A stretch of 64,000 nucleotides of DNA from Vitrella brassicaformis CCMP3155 (taxonomy: Eukaryota > Protista > Chromerida). The position numbers and the translations under genes were made by a program. The stretch spans positions 186,001 through 250,000 of the forward strand of contig CDMY01000531.1 of NCBI GenBank assembly GCA_001179505.1, written 5' to 3'. The notes under the pieces are model-generated. The model ran no database searches and was not told the DNA's origin. It saw only the letters and a list, made by a program, of their open reading frames with translations. Positions 61,039 through 64,000 of the stretch are shown piece after piece (position 1 is the stretch's first letter; the number at the start of each line of letters is the position of its first letter).

Positions 61039-62529
61039 TTATTCGCACAGTCGTAGGGCCATGACGAACACACGTGTGTCCGATCCCCCGAACAACCAGC
61101 CGTCCACGCACACACCGCCCTCGCCCCCTCCGCACACCCCTCCCGCCATGACACTCGGTTCAACAAACGCAGCCAAGAGCCTCTCGTCCTCTGCTGTGTC
61201 GCCCCACAGCCGCAACGACCGAATGTGGCGGTCAACGAAGTGGGCCAGATAGCGATCGGATGCAATGGCGGTCTTCACGTCAGGGGGAAGGGCAGAGAAC
61301 CGATCCAGCTTCGACTCATCCCCTTGCGGCGCGAAGAATAGGTGGATGGCGTTGGAGAGGACGAGAAGAGGGGCTGGTCGGCGTTGGTTGAGGCGAATCA
61401 GACACAGCTCGCGGAACCGCTGCAAAAGGAGGTGGATGGCCTCATAGTCATACAGCACTGCGCACACACAGACACGCGTCACATGGGGGGCTTTCTCTCC
61501 CCTCTTATCCACTTGCCGTCAGCTCCGATGAGGACGTCTATGTCACCCCGCCGCACCTGCTGGACATCGGCATCAGACCAGCCAAACTGCTCTGCATCGA
61601 CGGCGTCCGATGACAAGCCGTCGAGCGACTGCATCTGCCAGTCGAAGTGCCGGACCGACACAGCGGTCGCATTGTTCTGCTGCTGGTTGTGGAGGCATAT
61701 GCACATGGTCAGGTAGTCTCGATCTGCACACCACAGACGTGTCATCGCACACACATCGACGAATGAATCCGGGTGTCATGTCAGCCCACCTGTCAGGATG
61801 CAGCTGGTAGCCCCACACCTCTGGCACACAATGCCGGCCAGGCCGACGCCCGAACCCAGCTCAAGCACTCGCTGCGACCAGCAATGCGTACCCTCAGAGC
61901 ACAAGCGGGTGTGTGTGGGTGGCATCCGTCCAAGCGCACCTTCTGATGAATGAGTCTTCGCCCCATCGGTGTCTGCAGAAACTCTGCCAGGCGTCGTGCT
62001 GCATCCCACAGCTGACAATACAACAGCTGGCAATTCTGCTCGCCCGTGTTCAATCACCTTGGTTCCCGAGTGGTCAAATGAGCACAGGGATGGGTGACAG
62101 GCATCGTCAAAAGGGGCAGCCGTATGGTCAGCGTCGTGGGGTAAGCACGCCAATCGGATCTCGAAAGCACCGCCGAAGTCAAGGTCGCCATCACTATCCA
62201 TAAATGGAGGCGCCGCAAGCCTGAAAAGAGAAGGAAACGAGCACAGAGTCACAGCACATGAAGGTCGCTCGAGAGCATCGACCTCACCTCACTGTTGGCA
62301 GCCACCTCCGTGCAAACTCCGGAATGACGTTCTCCATCGGCCACACTGAAGGCTCCTGCTCAAGAGGCGAGAGGCCGACAGTCGTGATCTGGCCTCCGGC
62401 TCTCCTGCACAGCACAACACAGCAAAGATCTGACATTTGACAACGAAATCCATGAATCAAAGAGCTTGTTCCGACCTCACCTATCGAATGACTGCCGCCG
62501 TTCACCTCCAACTCGACGACTGCGCTCAC
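61039..62529 (-). CDS. METTL21/Methyltransf_16-family protein methyltransferase, multi-exon
   Basis: LWDAARRLAEFL, VLELGSGVGLAGI (motif I), ILT|DRD, FDW and DVLIGAD|VLYD (DxxY motif). Confidence 0.88.
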
Positions 62530-62694
62530 TGGAACCCTCCAGCTCGCAGTCGGTGAGAGAAGCTCGCCAGTGAAAAGACCAGGAAGGGCCGAGAAGGGGA
62601 AGGATCAGGGCCCAGCGAAGCGCGAGAGGAGCAACGGCAGCCCAATCAGACAGGAGAGCGACCGGGCTGCCAACCACCACGTGTATAGAGCAGG

Positions 62695-64000
62695 ATGCAG
62701 GGCGAGTTTGAGAGTTACAACAAGCGCGGGGTCCCCCGCAGCAACACCCCAGAGGATGAGATTCGCGTCATGAGTGCAGGGAAGTTTAGTGCCTATGTGC
62801 TGTATGCCGCCAAGTTGATGCAGGAGCAGGACAAGAGACAGTTCACCATCAAAGGTGCGCACACACAGGCAGACAGGGGCGGGGGTGGGCAGAGAAGCAC
62901 AGATCTGACCTCCGTGTGTGGCCACGGGCACATGCTCGGCAACACGTCATACCGATGTTGTGTGTTATGTGTGTGGCTGGTGTGTGTGTGATCTATCAGC
63001 CACGGGTGCCGCTATTGCCCGCGCTGTGACCGTCGCCGAGACCATCAAACGCAAGTTCAAGGGCCTCCACCAGATCACCAAGGTGCGCCACACACACATG
63101 CACGCAGGGAGGATAGGGGTGGGTGAGTGACTGGATCTCTCTGGTATGCATCTGTGCGTGTGTGTGTGTGTGTGTGGTGATATCGTCTGTGTATTCAGTG
63201 CGGTACGACGACGATGATAGACGAGTTCAACAACGGCCGGATGGGCATGATGGGCGAGACGCGCACCATCTCCCGCAACGTGCCGTACGTCGAGATCCTG
63301 CTGTCGCTCGACGAGCTCGACAAGGACGACATCGGATACCAACCGCCACTGCCCGACGACGAAGTCACCGACTTCGACCCTGAGAGCCTCTACATGATGA
63401 GTAAGACCACACACGCGCACCCCCCGACCGACCGACAACACACACTCATGTGCATCTCTGTCTGTCCCTTGTCATGACGGCTTCAGCGCCGTTATCATAC
63501 CGCGGTGGCCGCGGGATGTACGGCGGTTATCGTGGCGGGTACGGCCCTCCGAGAGGGTTCGGTTACCGCGGTCGGGGCGGCGGGTTCAGGGGCGGGTTCC
63601 GCGGGGGCTATCGCGGCGGCAGGGGGGGAGGCTTCTGGAACGGACCACCGAGGGGCGGGTTCGGCGCTGGGCGGGGGAGCTACAACGGATTCGGCGGCTC
63701 ATACGAGTAAGCCAATCGAAGCCTCACACACTCATGGACACAACACAGACACTCGCGAACTGTCTCCTTCTCTCCCCTCCTTGGTGTCTTGATTGGATCA
63801 GTCCTTTTGCCAACGGCTACGGGGGCATGCGCGGCCGGGGAGGCTACGAGGGCTACCGGGGCGGCCGCGGCGGGATGCCGGGCGGGTACTTCGGCGGCCC
63901 CATGTATGGCGGGGGCGGCGGCTACATGGGTAATGGGCCCATCCACCAGTACGGCCCCGGAGGCATGCAGCACGGGGGGTATGGCGGCGGGATGGGCGGC
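62695..64000 (+). CDS. Alba-domain (Rpp25-like) nucleic-acid-binding protein with a long RGG tail; runs off the window
   Basis: EDEIRV...YAAKLM...IK|ATGAAIARAVTVAETIKRKFKGLHQIT...RNVPYVEILLSLDELDKDDIGYQPPLP, followed by RGG/YGG repeats. Confidence 0.92.

Overview
Intron-rich, GC-rich eukaryotic nuclear DNA. Short GT-AG introns full of (GT/CA)n, (GATG)n and (GACA)n microsatellites, together with the gene content, suggest a chromerid alveolate such as Vitrella brassicaformis (inference, not verified). About 17 protein-coding loci can be supported, mostly as closely spaced head-to-head pairs: three MORN-repeat paralogues with no visible introns, a secreted saposin-like+EGF protein, a PhnP-like metallo-beta-lactamase, a single-domain voltage-gated cation channel with a TLDDWTD filter, a FAM184-like coiled-coil protein, a J-domain protein, a TTLL ligase, spatacsin (SPG11), IQCH, a METTL21-family methyltransferase, an Alba/Rpp25-RGG protein and several hypothetical genes. 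The most unusual region is 42.3-52.5 kb. There, one gene splices by hand into two complete tandem cyclin modules with matching intron phases and no canonical CDK-binding Lys. It is followed by about 7 kb of degenerate, exon-shuffled cyclin copies that also carry pieces of the neighbouring SPG11/MORN promoter region. A 300-N gap with duplicated flanks lies at 4.1-6.4 kb. No rRNA, tRNA, CRISPR array or recognisable transposase was seen. Multi-exon coordinates are outer gene bounds from manual splicing.
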